Assembly: GCA_031406795.1 (NCBI GenBank)
Contig: JANOHV010000226.1
Location: forward strand, 1 to 39,379
Length of the DNA stretch: 39,379 nt
Origin: Candidatus Rokuibacteriota bacterium
Lineage (GTDB): Bacteria; JAUVQV01; DATDCY01
Reading direction: 5' to 3'
Program-made: the position numbers and the translations under genes
Shown here: positions 29,862 to 38,545 of the stretch, piece after piece
Layout of the letters: each line of letters begins with the position of its first letter
How positions within the stretch are numbered: position 1 is the first letter of the stretch
The notes under the pieces: model-generated
Told to the model about the DNA's origin: nothing
What the model saw: only the letters and a program-made list of their open reading frames with translations
The model's database searches: none

Positions 29862-30373
29862 GCGGCCCGGCGCTGCTCCTCCTGGCCCTGCTCGCGACCT
29901 GCGGATGCGCGGCAGCGCCCGTGTCCGTGGCGCCCGTCGGCCCGCCGGTGCTCGGGAATCGGCCGGAGAGCGGGGGGGCGGCGTTCCTCGGCAGCGAGGT
30001 CTGCCGCGCCTGTCATCAAACGGCGTACGATCGCTGGCGCGCAACTGCACACGCAAGCGAGTACACCGGACTGTCGCCGGCCGACCGGCAGCGTTCCGCC
30101 TGCCTGCGCTGTCACGTCACCGGCTATGGCGAGCGGTTCGGGTATCGGGCGACCGGCGCCGGCCCCGACCTGGCGAACGTCGGCTGCGAAGCCTGCCACG
30201 GACCCGGAGCCGACCACGGGCGCAGCGCCCATCCGGAACTGGTGCCGACGCTGACCGGCGGGGCGTGCCCCCCCTGTGAGGTCAACAAACTCTGTCGTCT
30301 CTGCCACACGCCGGAGCGCTCCCCGGCGTTCGACCTCGAGCGTGCGCTGACCCAGATCAGCTGTAAGTCGTGA
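29858..30373 (+). CDS. Tetraheme cytochrome c554-like protein, probable lipoprotein
   Basis: GTGA overlap with the previous stop; LLLLALLATCGC signal/lipobox; CRACH, CLRCH, CEACHGPG, CRLCH. Confidence 0.88.
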   Translation: MSGPALLLLALLATCGCAAAPVSVAPVGPPVLGNRPESGGAAFLGSEVCRACHQTAYDRWRATAHASEYTGLSPADRQRSACLRCHVTGYGERFGYRATGAGPDLANVGCEACHGPGADHGRSAHPELVPTLTGGACPPCEVNKLCRLCHTPERSPAFDLERALTQISCKS

Positions 30374-30380
30374 CGGCGAA

Positions 30381-30452
30381 GGGGTGGCGCGGAGGGGAGG
30401 TCTCCAGCGGCGGAGCGGAGCGAGGCCGATGGAGGTCCGCAGCGACCACCCC
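30381..30452. other. Nested multi-stem inverted repeat after the chemosensory operon
   Basis: Nested pairs GGGGTGG/CCACCCC, GCGGA/TCCGC, CTCCA/TGGAG, CGGC/GCCG. Confidence 0.55.
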
Positions 30453-30516
30453 AGCGGCGTGGTGGCAGGCAGGACCCCGCAGCCAGCACGGGAACGCCGG
30501 GAGGCAGGTTCTCCTG

Positions 30517-30525
30517 TGCTATAAT
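30517..30525 (+). promoter_or_regulatory. Extended -10 promoter (TG-C-TATAAT), near-leaderless
   Basis: TGCTATAAT ends 10 nt before ATG 30536. Confidence 0.65.
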
Positions 30526-30535
30526 CCGCCGAGTA

Positions 30536-31597
30536 ATGGAAGTGACACCGACGCAGCTGATCGCGCTCCTTCGGGAGGGGACCGCACCGCTCAAGGTTCG
30601 CGCTGCTGTCGCCCGCGGTCTGCTTCCGCTGCCGCCGGCGACTCTGCTGGAATCGCTGGACATTCTTGCCGACGATCCCGACGCCGCCATCCAGGCCGAG
30701 GCGCTGGCCGGCCTCGAGCGGTTGCCGGCGACCGTCGTGCGCGGGGTCGCGTCGTCCCGCACGCTCGCCCCGGGGCTGCTCGGGCGGCTGGCCCGGCGCT
30801 ACCCGGGGAATGAGCCGGTGCTGCTGGACATCGTCCGCAACAGCGCCGCCGACGACGCCACCGTGGCCTTCATCGCCTCGCTGCCGTTTCCGTCGGCGCT
30901 CGAGGTGATCGGCCGCAACCAGGCGCTGCTCGAACGCTCGCCGGAGGCCGTGGCCGCGCTGTTCTCGAACCCCGCGACCCCGACGTCGGTCGTCCAGCTC
31001 TGGCAGGAGCACGTGGAGCGCCGGGCGACCGCCGCGGCCGGCGCCGCCGTCGCCGATATGACCGTCGCGGTGGACCCCCGGTCGTTCGCGCCGGTGCTCG
31101 TCGAGGAAGAAGAGAAAGCCGAGGAACCGGCGGCGCGCGCCTTCTCGACGGAGGCCGACGACGCGCTCAGCGCCAAGCAGCTCTCGATCTACGCGCTGCT
31201 CAAGAAGATGTCGATGGGCCAGAAGGTGGCTCTGGCCGTCAAGGGCAACCGCGAAGTGCGCAACATCCTGATCCGGGAGAACAACCGGATGCTCTGCCTC
31301 AAGGTGCTCGAGAACCCGCGGCTCAGCGACACCGACATCGAAGCGTACGCGAAAAGCACGAACCTCTCGGACGACGTGCTGCGCGGGATCGCGAACCAGA
31401 AGGAGTGGTGCAAGAAATACGCGATCGTCAAGGCGCTCGTCTTCAACCCCAAAGCGCCGCTCGGGGTGACGCTCGAGTTCGTCAAACGGCTGACGCTCAA
31501 GGATATCGAATTCCTGTCGAAGAACCGCAACGTGCCGGAAACACTGCGCACCACCGGGCGCAGGCTGCTGGCGCTCAAGCGCGAGTCGAACCGCTGA
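30536..31597 (+). CDS. Hypothetical alpha-helical (HEAT/LRV-like repeat) protein
   Basis: Good codon bias; repeated (L/V).NP motifs ([23 protein letters not shown]); no catalytic motif recognised. Confidence 0.8.
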   Translation: MEVTPTQLIALLREGTAPLKVRAAVARGLLPLPPATLLESLDILADDPDAAIQAEALAGLERLPATVVRGVASSRTLAPGLLGRLARRYPGNEPVLLDIVRNSAADDATVAFIASLPFPSALEVIGRNQALLERSPEAVAALFSNPATPTSVVQLWQEHVERRATAAAGAAVADMTVAVDPRSFAPVLVEEEEKAEEPAARAFSTEADDALSAKQLSIYALLKKMSMGQKVALAVKGNREVRNILIRENNRMLCLKVLENPRLSDTDIEAYAKSTNLSDDVLRGIANQKEWCKKYAIVKALVFNPKAPLGVTLEFVKRLTLKDIEFLSKNRNVPETLRTTGRRLLALKRESNR

Positions 31598-31637
31598 CGG
31601 GCTCGACGGCCGCGCCGCACATCAAGGAGAGGAAACC

Positions 31638-32510
31638 ATGAAGCTGAAGATCGGGCTCCCGAAGGGCAGCTTGCAGGAATCGACATTCAAGCTCTTCCGC
31701 CGCGCCGGCTTCCAGGTCACGCTCGGCTCGAGCCGCTCGCTGTACCCGATGTTCGACGATCCCGAGATCGAGGCGATTCTGATCCGCGCGCAGGAGATGG
31801 GTCCCTATGTCGCCAAAGGGGTGCTCGACGTCGGTCTCACCGGCCTGGACTGGATTCGCGAGACCGGGGCGAAGGTCCACGAAGTCGCCGAGCTGAACTA
31901 CGCCAAGGGGGGGCTCGGCGCCGTGCGCTGGGTGCTCGCCGTCCCGGAGGATTCCCGGGTCCGAAAGGCCGAGGACCTCGCCGGCAAGCGGGTCGCGACG
32001 GAACTGGTGAACGTGTCGCGACAGTTCTTCCGGAAGAAGGGCGTCTCGGTGGACCTGGAGTTCTCCTGGGGTTCTACCGAGGCGAAGCCGCCGGTGTTGG
32101 CCGACGCGATCGTCGAGCTCACGGAGACCGGCAGTTCGCTGCGGGCGAACAATCTGCGGATCGTCGAGGACGTCCTGGTCTCGCGCACGAAGCTGATCGC
32201 GAACCCGGCCGCGTGGAAGAACGCCTGGAAACGCGAAAAAATCGAGAACATCAATCTGCTGCTGCAGGCCGCGCTCGCGGCGGAGGACAAGGTCGGGCTC
32301 AAGATGAACCTGCCGCGAGCGGTGCTGCCGAAGGTGCTGAGGATCCTGCCGGCGATGCACACCCCGACCGTCGCCGATCTGGCCGACGTCGGCTGGATCG
32401 CGATCGAGGTCATCATCGACGAGAAGGTGGTGCGGCACATCCTGCCGGCTCTCAAGAAGGCCGGCGCCAGCGGCATCGTCGAATACCCCTTGAACAAACT
32501 GGTCCTATGA
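31638..32510 (+). CDS. hisG: ATP phosphoribosyltransferase, long form
   Basis: [53 protein letters not shown]-terminal regulatory domain. Confidence 0.96.
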   Translation: MKLKIGLPKGSLQESTFKLFRRAGFQVTLGSSRSLYPMFDDPEIEAILIRAQEMGPYVAKGVLDVGLTGLDWIRETGAKVHEVAELNYAKGGLGAVRWVLAVPEDSRVRKAEDLAGKRVATELVNVSRQFFRKKGVSVDLEFSWGSTEAKPPVLADAIVELTETGSSLRANNLRIVEDVLVSRTKLIANPAAWKNAWKREKIENINLLLQAALAAEDKVGLKMNLPRAVLPKVLRILPAMHTPTVADLADVGWIAIEVIIDEKVVRHILPALKKAGASGIVEYPLNKLVL

Positions 32511-32548
32511 GCGCGAGCGAATGAGAAAGCCGTGAAAGTACCGGCAGT

Positions 32549-33571
32549 ATGAGCATGAAGGAGAAGAACGTGAAGGGGGCGGAGTTGCTCGAGGGCGAGA
32601 CCGACCTGGCCTGGCTGGCCGGCGAGGGCGGCAACGCGCTGCGCGCGATCGAGGAGTCGAGCGGCGTGCGCGTCGACGCGCGGGGCAACAAGGTGCTCCT
32701 CGAGGGCGCCGCGGCGGACGTCGAGCGGGTCCGCGTCTTCCTGCGGGAACTCGCCGTCCTGCGCGAGCGCGGGCAGGCCCTGCAGCCCGTGGACATCCGG
32801 CACGCCGCGCGCGCGTTCTTCCGCGACGGCGAAAACCTGGCCGCGATCTTCCAGGAGGTCGTGCTCGTCGCCCCGAACAAGCGGCCGGTGTCGCCCAAGA
32901 GCGCGACCCAGCTGCGCTACGTGCAGGCCATGCGCGCGAACGACCTGGTGCTCGGCATCGGGCCCGCGGGAACCGGCAAGACTTTCCTCGCGATGGCGAT
33001 GGGGGTCGCGCTGCTGACCCAGAAGCGGGTCTCCCGCATCATCCTGACCCGGCCCGCGGTCGAGGCCGGGGAGCGACTCGGGTTTCTTCCCGGGGACCTC
33101 TACGACAAGATCCACCCCTACCTGCGCCCGCTCTACGACGCGCTCTACCACATGGTCGACCCGGACCGCGTCGCCAAGCTCGTGGAGCGCGGGACGATCG
33201 AGGTCGCGCTGCTGGCCTACATGCGCGGGCGGACGCTGAATGACTCGTTCGTCATCCTCGACGAGGCCCAGAACTCGACCACCGAACAGATGAAGATGTT
33301 CCTGACCCGCCTCGGGTTCGATTCCAAGGCGGTCATCACGGGCGACGTCACCCAGATCGACCTGCCCTCGGGCAGAGCTTCCGGGTTGATCGAGGCGGCC
33401 CAGGTCCTGCGGGAGATTCCGGGGGTCGAGACGGTGCGGTTCACCGAGCGCGACGTCGTGCGCCACGAACTGGTCCAGAAGATCATCCTCGCCTACGAGC
33501 GGCACGCCGCGCAGGGCCGGAAGGCGGCCGCGCCGCAGCCGGGTGCGGCCGACGCGGGGGCGTCCGCTTGA
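32549..33571 (+). CDS. phoH: PhoH-family ATPase (YbeZ-like)
   Basis: GPAGTGKTFLA, LTRPAVEAGERLGFLPGD, YMRGRTL, ILDEAQN, DVVRHELV. Confidence 0.95.
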   Translation: MSMKEKNVKGAELLEGETDLAWLAGEGGNALRAIEESSGVRVDARGNKVLLEGAAADVERVRVFLRELAVLRERGQALQPVDIRHAARAFFRDGENLAAIFQEVVLVAPNKRPVSPKSATQLRYVQAMRANDLVLGIGPAGTGKTFLAMAMGVALLTQKRVSRIILTRPAVEAGERLGFLPGDLYDKIHPYLRPLYDALYHMVDPDRVAKLVERGTIEVALLAYMRGRTLNDSFVILDEAQNSTTEQMKMFLTRLGFDSKAVITGDVTQIDLPSGRASGLIEAAQVLREIPGVETVRFTERDVVRHELVQKIILAYERHAAQGRKAAAPQPGAADAGASA

Positions 33572-34032
33572 GCGTGAGCGTGCGTCATCCGCAGCCCGAG
33601 GTCGAGGTGATCGACCGCCAGCGGGCGGTCCGGATCAGCCCGGTGCGCGTCGGTGCGTTCGTCGAGTACGCGCTGCAGCGGCTGAAGCTCTACGGCGCGC
33701 ACGTCTCGATCGTGCTCAGCGGCGAGCGGGCGATGCGCGTCCTGAACAAGCGCTGGCGCGGGAAGGACCGCCCGACGGACGTCCTGTCGTTCTCCCAGCG
33801 GGAGGGGGAGGGGGGCGGGCTGCACCCCGAGTTGCTCGGCGACATCGTGATCTGCGTTCCCGTCGCCCGGCGCCAGGCCCGCGAGGCCGGCCACTGCCTG
33901 GCCGCGGAACTCGACCGGCTGTCCGTGCACGGCCTGCTGCACCTGGCGGGGTACGAGCACGAGGACGACCCGGCGGCCGCCCGCGCGATGCGCCGGCGCG
34001 AGGACGCGATCATCCGGGGGTGGCGCGGGTGA
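33568..34032 (+). CDS. ybeY: rRNA maturation endoribonuclease
   Basis: LN..WRGKD.PTDVLSF, LGDIVI, HGLLHLAGYEH; start may be GTG 33574. Confidence 0.95.
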   Translation: MSVSVRHPQPEVEVIDRQRAVRISPVRVGAFVEYALQRLKLYGAHVSIVLSGERAMRVLNKRWRGKDRPTDVLSFSQREGEGGGLHPELLGDIVICVPVARRQAREAGHCLAAELDRLSVHGLLHLAGYEHEDDPAAARAMRRREDAIIRGWRG

Positions 34033-34931
34033 ACGAGCAACCGCCGGATTCCCTCGTCGGCCGACTGACGCGGCTGGTCGTCCTCCCGCTCGTGCGCGGG
34101 CTGGGCCTGCTCAAGAGGGCGCTCGAGCGTCTGGTCAGCCGCCGCGGCCACGTCCCGCGTTCGGAGATGATTGAGGAGGAACTCGAGTCGGTCATCACCG
34201 AAGGGCGGGCCGCGGGGGTGATGGACCAGAGCGACGAGGATCTGCTCAAGAGCGTGATCGAGTTCGGCGACACGCTCGTGCGCGAGGTCATGGTGCCGCG
34301 CATCGACCTGGGAGCCCTCGAACTGGGGACGACACTGCCGGAGGTGCTCGAGGTGATCGTCGGACGCGGGTACTCGCGCTGGCCGGTTTATCGCGAAAGC
34401 GTCGACCACGTCGTCGGCATCGTGCACGCCAAGGATCTGCTGCGCGTCTGTCGGAGCGAAAGCGGCGGGTCGCCGCTCGAGGGCCTGATGCGGCCGGCGA
34501 TTTTCGTCCCGGAAAATCAGCGCGTCAGCGTCCTGCTGCGCGATTTCAAGAAACGGCGCACCCACATGGCGATCGTGCTCGACGAGTTCGGCGGCACCGC
34601 CGGACTGGTGACCCTCGAGGATCTCGTCGAAGAGATCATCGGCGAGGTCGCCGATGAGTTCGAGAGCGGCCAGGCCGAGTCCATCCGCGCGGTCGAGGGG
34701 GGCTGGCTGATCGACTCGCGGGCCAGCCTCGAGTTGCTCGGCGAGCGACTCGGCATCCCGGAGGAGGAATTGGCCGGGCGGCAATCCGAAACCGTCGCCG
34801 GCCTCGTCAGCGAGTTGCTCGGACGCCTGCCGCGCGCCGGCGACGAGGCGCCGCTCGGGGCGTGGGTCCTGCGGGTCGCCGACACCGACGGGCGGCGCAT
34901 TCTCAGGATTCTCGCGGTGCGCTCATCGTGA
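34029..34931 (+). CDS. CBS-pair/CorC-HlyC domain protein (YbeX/CorC-like)
   Basis: VREVMVPR, GYSRWPVY, HMAIVLDEFGGTAGLVTLEDLVEEIIGE, T.AGL....LGRLP..G; phoH-ybeY-corC order. Confidence 0.9.
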   Translation: MNEQPPDSLVGRLTRLVVLPLVRGLGLLKRALERLVSRRGHVPRSEMIEEELESVITEGRAAGVMDQSDEDLLKSVIEFGDTLVREVMVPRIDLGALELGTTLPEVLEVIVGRGYSRWPVYRESVDHVVGIVHAKDLLRVCRSESGGSPLEGLMRPAIFVPENQRVSVLLRDFKKRRTHMAIVLDEFGGTAGLVTLEDLVEEIIGEVADEFESGQAESIRAVEGGWLIDSRASLELLGERLGIPEEELAGRQSETVAGLVSELLGRLPRAGDEAPLGAWVLRVADTDGRRILRILAVRSS

Positions 34932-35473
34932 AGATCGGCGCGCTCTATCATGACGTGACCCGCGTCGAAGCGGACCTGCTCGTCGCGCCGCTGTGGGACG
35001 GTGATCGCCCCCCGCGGGGCATCGCTGGCTACGCGGACTGGCATCTGTGCGGGTTCCTCTCGCGGTTGATCCTCGCCGGTCGCCTGAGCGGCGAGGCCGG
35101 CGCGACGACCCTGATCGCGGTGCAGGGTCGGCTGCTCGCCCCGCGGCTGCTGCTGCTCGGCTGCGGCCGGCGCGACGCGCCCTTCGACGCCGATGCCGGC
35201 GTGGCGCACGCGGGGCGCGCGGCGGATGTGGCCGCAGATCTCAAGATCTCCACCGTGGCCATCGAAGTGCCGGTGAGCGAAACGAGAGCGGGGCTGCGCT
35301 CCCTCGTGACCAGAATCGGCGACGTCTTTGCCGGCGTTCTCCCGCCGAACGAGGGCGAGGTCCAGGTGCTGGCCGGCAGCGAAGAGGAATGTGAGCGCTG
35401 GCGCGCGGCGATCCGCGACGCTTTTCCCCGCGGCACGGCGCGCGGCAGGGGACTGTCGCTGCCGCGTCGGTAA
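34928..35473 (+). CDS. Stand-alone M17 leucyl-aminopeptidase N-terminal-domain protein
   Basis: D.RPPRG.AG..DW.LCG.LSRLI..G..SG..G...L...RLLLLG.G pattern; no catalytic M17 domain; GTGA overlap. Confidence 0.7.
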   Translation: MKIGALYHDVTRVEADLLVAPLWDGDRPPRGIAGYADWHLCGFLSRLILAGRLSGEAGATTLIAVQGRLLAPRLLLLGCGRRDAPFDADAGVAHAGRAADVAADLKISTVAIEVPVSETRAGLRSLVTRIGDVFAGVLPPNEGEVQVLAGSEEECERWRAAIRDAFPRGTARGRGLSLPRR

Positions 35474-35482
35474 CCGGCGGCC

Positions 35483-35507
35483 CGCCGGCGATTGCCGGCG
35501 CTTTCTT
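35483..35507 (+). terminator. Probable intrinsic terminator
   Basis: CGCCGGC-GATT-GCCGGCG followed by CTTTCTT, 10 nt after the stop. Confidence 0.5.
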
Positions 35508-35534
35508 GACAGCCACCGGGGCCGAAGCTACGAT
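35506..35534 (+). promoter_or_regulatory. Sigma70 promoter of ppdK
   Basis: TTGACA (35506-35511), 17 nt, TACGAT (35529-35534). Confidence 0.75.
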
Positions 35535-35597
35535 AAAAACGGCATTTCTGCGGTCGACCACGGCACGCGTGATATCGGGAAGCGGAGGAGCAGGCAC

Positions 35598-38402
35598 ATG
35601 GCGGTCAAGAAGGTGAGCAAGCACGGGAAAGCCGGCAAGCTGGTCTACTTCTTCGGCAACGGCAGGGCGGACGGGGACGCCGGTCTGAAGAATCTGCTCG
35701 GCGGCAAGGGCGCGAACCTGGCCGAGATGGCCAGCCTTGGCCTCCCGGTCCCCCCGGGCTTTACGATCACGACGGAAGTCTGCACGCACTTCTACGCGAA
35801 CGGCGGCCGCTACCCCGCGAAGCTCAAGGAACAGGTCCTCGCCGCGCTCTTTTGCGTGGAGAAGTCGCTCGGACTTGGCTTCGGCGACCCGAAGGACCCG
35901 CTGCTCCTCTCGGTCCGCTCGGGCGCCCGCTCATCCATGCCGGGCATGATGGAGACCGTCCTCAACGTCGGGCTGACCTCGGCCACGATCCCGGGGATGA
36001 TCGCGAAGACCGGCAGCGCCCGCTTCGTCTACGACGCTTACCGGCGCCTGATCATGATGTACGCCGACGTCGTGATGGAGAAGGCCGCCGGCCTGGAGCC
36101 CGCGGAGGACAACGGCGTGCGCAAGCAGCTCGAGCACCTGCTGGACGACCTCAAGAAGAGGCGGGGGTACACCAGCGACACCGAGATCACCGCGGAGGAA
36201 CTCGAGCGACTCTGCGTCCAGTTCAAGGCCAAGGTGCGCGAGGTCATCGGCAAGGAGTTCCCCGACAACGCCGTGGACCAGTTCTGGGGCGGGATCGGCG
36301 CGGTCTTCCAGTCCTGGAACGGCAAACGCGCGATCTCCTACCGCAAGATCGAGGGGATCCCGGACAGCTGGGGGACGGCGGTCACCGTGCAGGCCATGGT
36401 CTTCGGCAACATGGGCGAGGATTGCGCCACTGGCGTGGCCTTCACCCGCAACCCCGGGACCGGCGAGAACGGCTTCTTCGGCGAGTGGCTGGTGAACGCC
36501 CAGGGCGAGGACGTGGTCGCCGGGATCCGCACCCCGAATGCGATCAACGAGCACGCGACGAACGACCAGAACCGCAACCTGCCGACGCTCGAGAAGACCA
36601 TGCCGCTGCTCTACAAGGAGCTCGTCGGCTACCGCAACAAGCTCGAAAGACACTACCGGGACATGCAGGATCTCGAGTTCACCATCCAGAGCGGCCGGCT
36701 CTTCATGCTGCAGACGCGCGTCGGCAAGCGCAACGGCCCCGCCGCGCTGCGCATGGCGGTCGAGATGGTGCGCGAGCGGCTGATCGACAAACAGACCGCG
36801 GTTTCGCGCGTCCGGCCCGGTCAGCTCGACGAATTGCTTCACCCGATGATCGACCCGGCGCACGAGAAGGAGTTCAAGCCGATCGCCAAGGGGCTGCCCG
36901 CGGGTCCCGGCGGCGCGACCGGGCGGATTGTCCTGACCGCCGATCGCGCCGCGGAGTGGGGCAAGGCCGGCGAGAAAGTCGTCCTGGTGCGGCACGAGAC
37001 CTCGCCGGAGGACGTCCACGGAATGCACGCGGCCGAGGCCATCCTCACCGCCAAGGGCGGCATGACCTCGCACGCCGCCCTCGTCGCGCGCGGCTGGGGG
37101 AAGTGCTGCATCGTCGGCGCCGGAGCGGTCCACATCAATCTGGCGCAGCGGACCGTGGACATCGGCGGCACCGTGTTGCGCGAGGGCGACCTGATCACGC
37201 TCAACGGGACGAAGGGGCTGATCTACGCCGGCGCGCTGCCGCTCGTCGTGATCGACCTCGAGGAGAACCACGACCTGAAGGACTTCCTGCGCTGGTGCGA
37301 CGCCATCCGGTCGCTCGGGGTGCGCACGAACGCCGACACGCCCGCCGACGCCGCCCAGGCCCGCCGCTTCGGCGCCGCCGGGATCGGGCTCTGCCGCACC
37401 GAGCACATGTTCTTCGGCGAGGAGCGCATCCGCGCGATGCGCGAGATGATCCTCGCCGAAAACCTGCACGAGCGCGAGCAGGCGATCTTCAACCTCCTGC
37501 CGTTCCAGAAGGAGGATTTCAAGGGGATACTGCGCGCGATGGCGGGGCTGCCGGTGACGATCCGGCTGCTCGACCCGCCGCTGCACGAGTTCGTCCCCCA
37601 CGAAGAGCGCCTGGTGCGCGAGCTCGCGGTGGGCATGGGCAAGAACCTCGAGGCGGTCAAAGCCCGGATCGACAAGCTCCAGGAGATCAACCCGATGCTC
37701 GGCCACCGCGGCTGCCGCCTCGGCATCACCTACCCGGAAATCACCCGGATGCAGGCGACCGCGATTCTCGAGGCGACCGCCGAGCTGCTGATGGACAAAG
37801 TCGATGCGCGACCGGAGATCATGATCCCGCTCGTCGGCACGGTGATGGAATTGACCGACCAGAAGGCCATCGTGCTTGCCGTGGCGGCCGAGGTGAAGAA
37901 GAAATACGGCCTCAGGAAGCTGCCTTTCACCGTGGGCACCATGATCGAGGTCCCGCGCGCGGCGATCACCGCGGACGAAATCGCCGCCGAGGCGGAGTTC
38001 TTCTCCTTCGGGACGAACGACCTGACTCAGATGTGCTGCGGCTTCTCCCGCGACGACGCGGGGAGCTTCCTGCCGGCGTACGTCGAAAAGCGGATCTACG
38101 CCGACGACCCGTTCATCTCCCTGGATACAGCGGGAGTCGGCAAGCTGATGCGGATTGCCGTCCAGCTGGGGCGCGGGGCCCGGCCGGATCTCAAGATGGG
38201 GATCTGCGGCGAGCACGGCGGGGATCCGGCATCGATCCGCTTCTGTCACGACCTCGGACTCAATTACGTGTCGTGCAGTCCGTTCCGCGTGCCGATCGCC
38301 CGGCTGGCGGCCGCGCAATCGGAACTGGCGAATCCCCGCAAGGCCGCCAAGAAACCGCAGGCGGCAGCGCGGAAGAAGGCTGTCGCGAAGAAACACCGCT
38401 GA
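35598..38402 (+). CDS. ppdK: Pyruvate, phosphate dikinase
   Basis: LLGGKGANLAEM, SVRSGARSSMPGMM, GGMTSHAALVARG (phospho-His), GIGLCRTEHMFF, SFGTNDLTQ, GICGEHGG; GGAGG RBS. Confidence 0.98.
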   Translation: MAVKKVSKHGKAGKLVYFFGNGRADGDAGLKNLLGGKGANLAEMASLGLPVPPGFTITTEVCTHFYANGGRYPAKLKEQVLAALFCVEKSLGLGFGDPKDPLLLSVRSGARSSMPGMMETVLNVGLTSATIPGMIAKTGSARFVYDAYRRLIMMYADVVMEKAAGLEPAEDNGVRKQLEHLLDDLKKRRGYTSDTEITAEELERLCVQFKAKVREVIGKEFPDNAVDQFWGGIGAVFQSWNGKRAISYRKIEGIPDSWGTAVTVQAMVFGNMGEDCATGVAFTRNPGTGENGFFGEWLVNAQGEDVVAGIRTPNAINEHATNDQNRNLPTLEKTMPLLYKELVGYRNKLERHYRDMQDLEFTIQSGRLFMLQTRVGKRNGPAALRMAVEMVRERLIDKQTAVSRVRPGQLDELLHPMIDPAHEKEFKPIAKGLPAGPGGATGRIVLTADRAAEWGKAGEKVVLVRHETSPEDVHGMHAAEAILTAKGGMTSHAALVARGWGKCCIVGAGAVHINLAQRTVDIGGTVLREGDLITLNGTKGLIYAGALPLVVIDLEENHDLKDFLRWCDAIRSLGVRTNADTPADAAQARRFGAAGIGLCRTEHMFFGEERIRAMREMILAENLHEREQAIFNLLPFQKEDFKGILRAMAGLPVTIRLLDPPLHEFVPHEERLVRELAVGMGKNLEAVKARIDKLQEINPMLGHRGCRLGITYPEITRMQATAILEATAELLMDKVDARPEIMIPLVGTVMELTDQKAIVLAVAAEVKKKYGLRKLPFTVGTMIEVPRAAITADEIAAEAEFFSFGTNDLTQMCCGFSRDDAGSFLPAYVEKRIYADDPFISLDTAGVGKLMRIAVQLGRGARPDLKMGICGEHGGDPASIRFCHDLGLNYVSCSPFRVPIARLAAAQSELANPRKAAKKPQAAARKKAVAKKHR

Positions 38403-38443
38403 GGAAGGTGCGCGAAAACCCGGGAATGTGGCTTCGGGAACTC

Positions 38444-38545
38444 GGGCGGGAGTGAATCCCGCCCCACGGGTCCACGCGCCATCCACGGTTCGCAGGGGAG
38501 GGGTTCACCCCCTCCCGCAGCAGCCGGGCCTTTTTCAGCAGCCTG
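38444..38545 (+). repeat. Composite REP-doublet/MITE-like element, copy 4 (left terminal repeat not recognisable)
   Basis: GGGCGGGA-GTGAA-TCCCGCCC (from 38444), GCAGGGGAGGGGTTCACCCCCTCCC (from 38492), right end GGGCCTTTTTCAGCAGCCTG. Confidence 0.85.

Noticed and set aside
3020-38486. Many long antisense or alternate-frame ORFs (e.g. 3020-5671, 8515-10662, 18885-21686, 18923-21739, 35852-38455, 35931-38486)
   Set aside because: They shadow well-identified genes, are Arg/Ala/Gly-rich with no motifs, and are expected from stop-codon scarcity at high GC3
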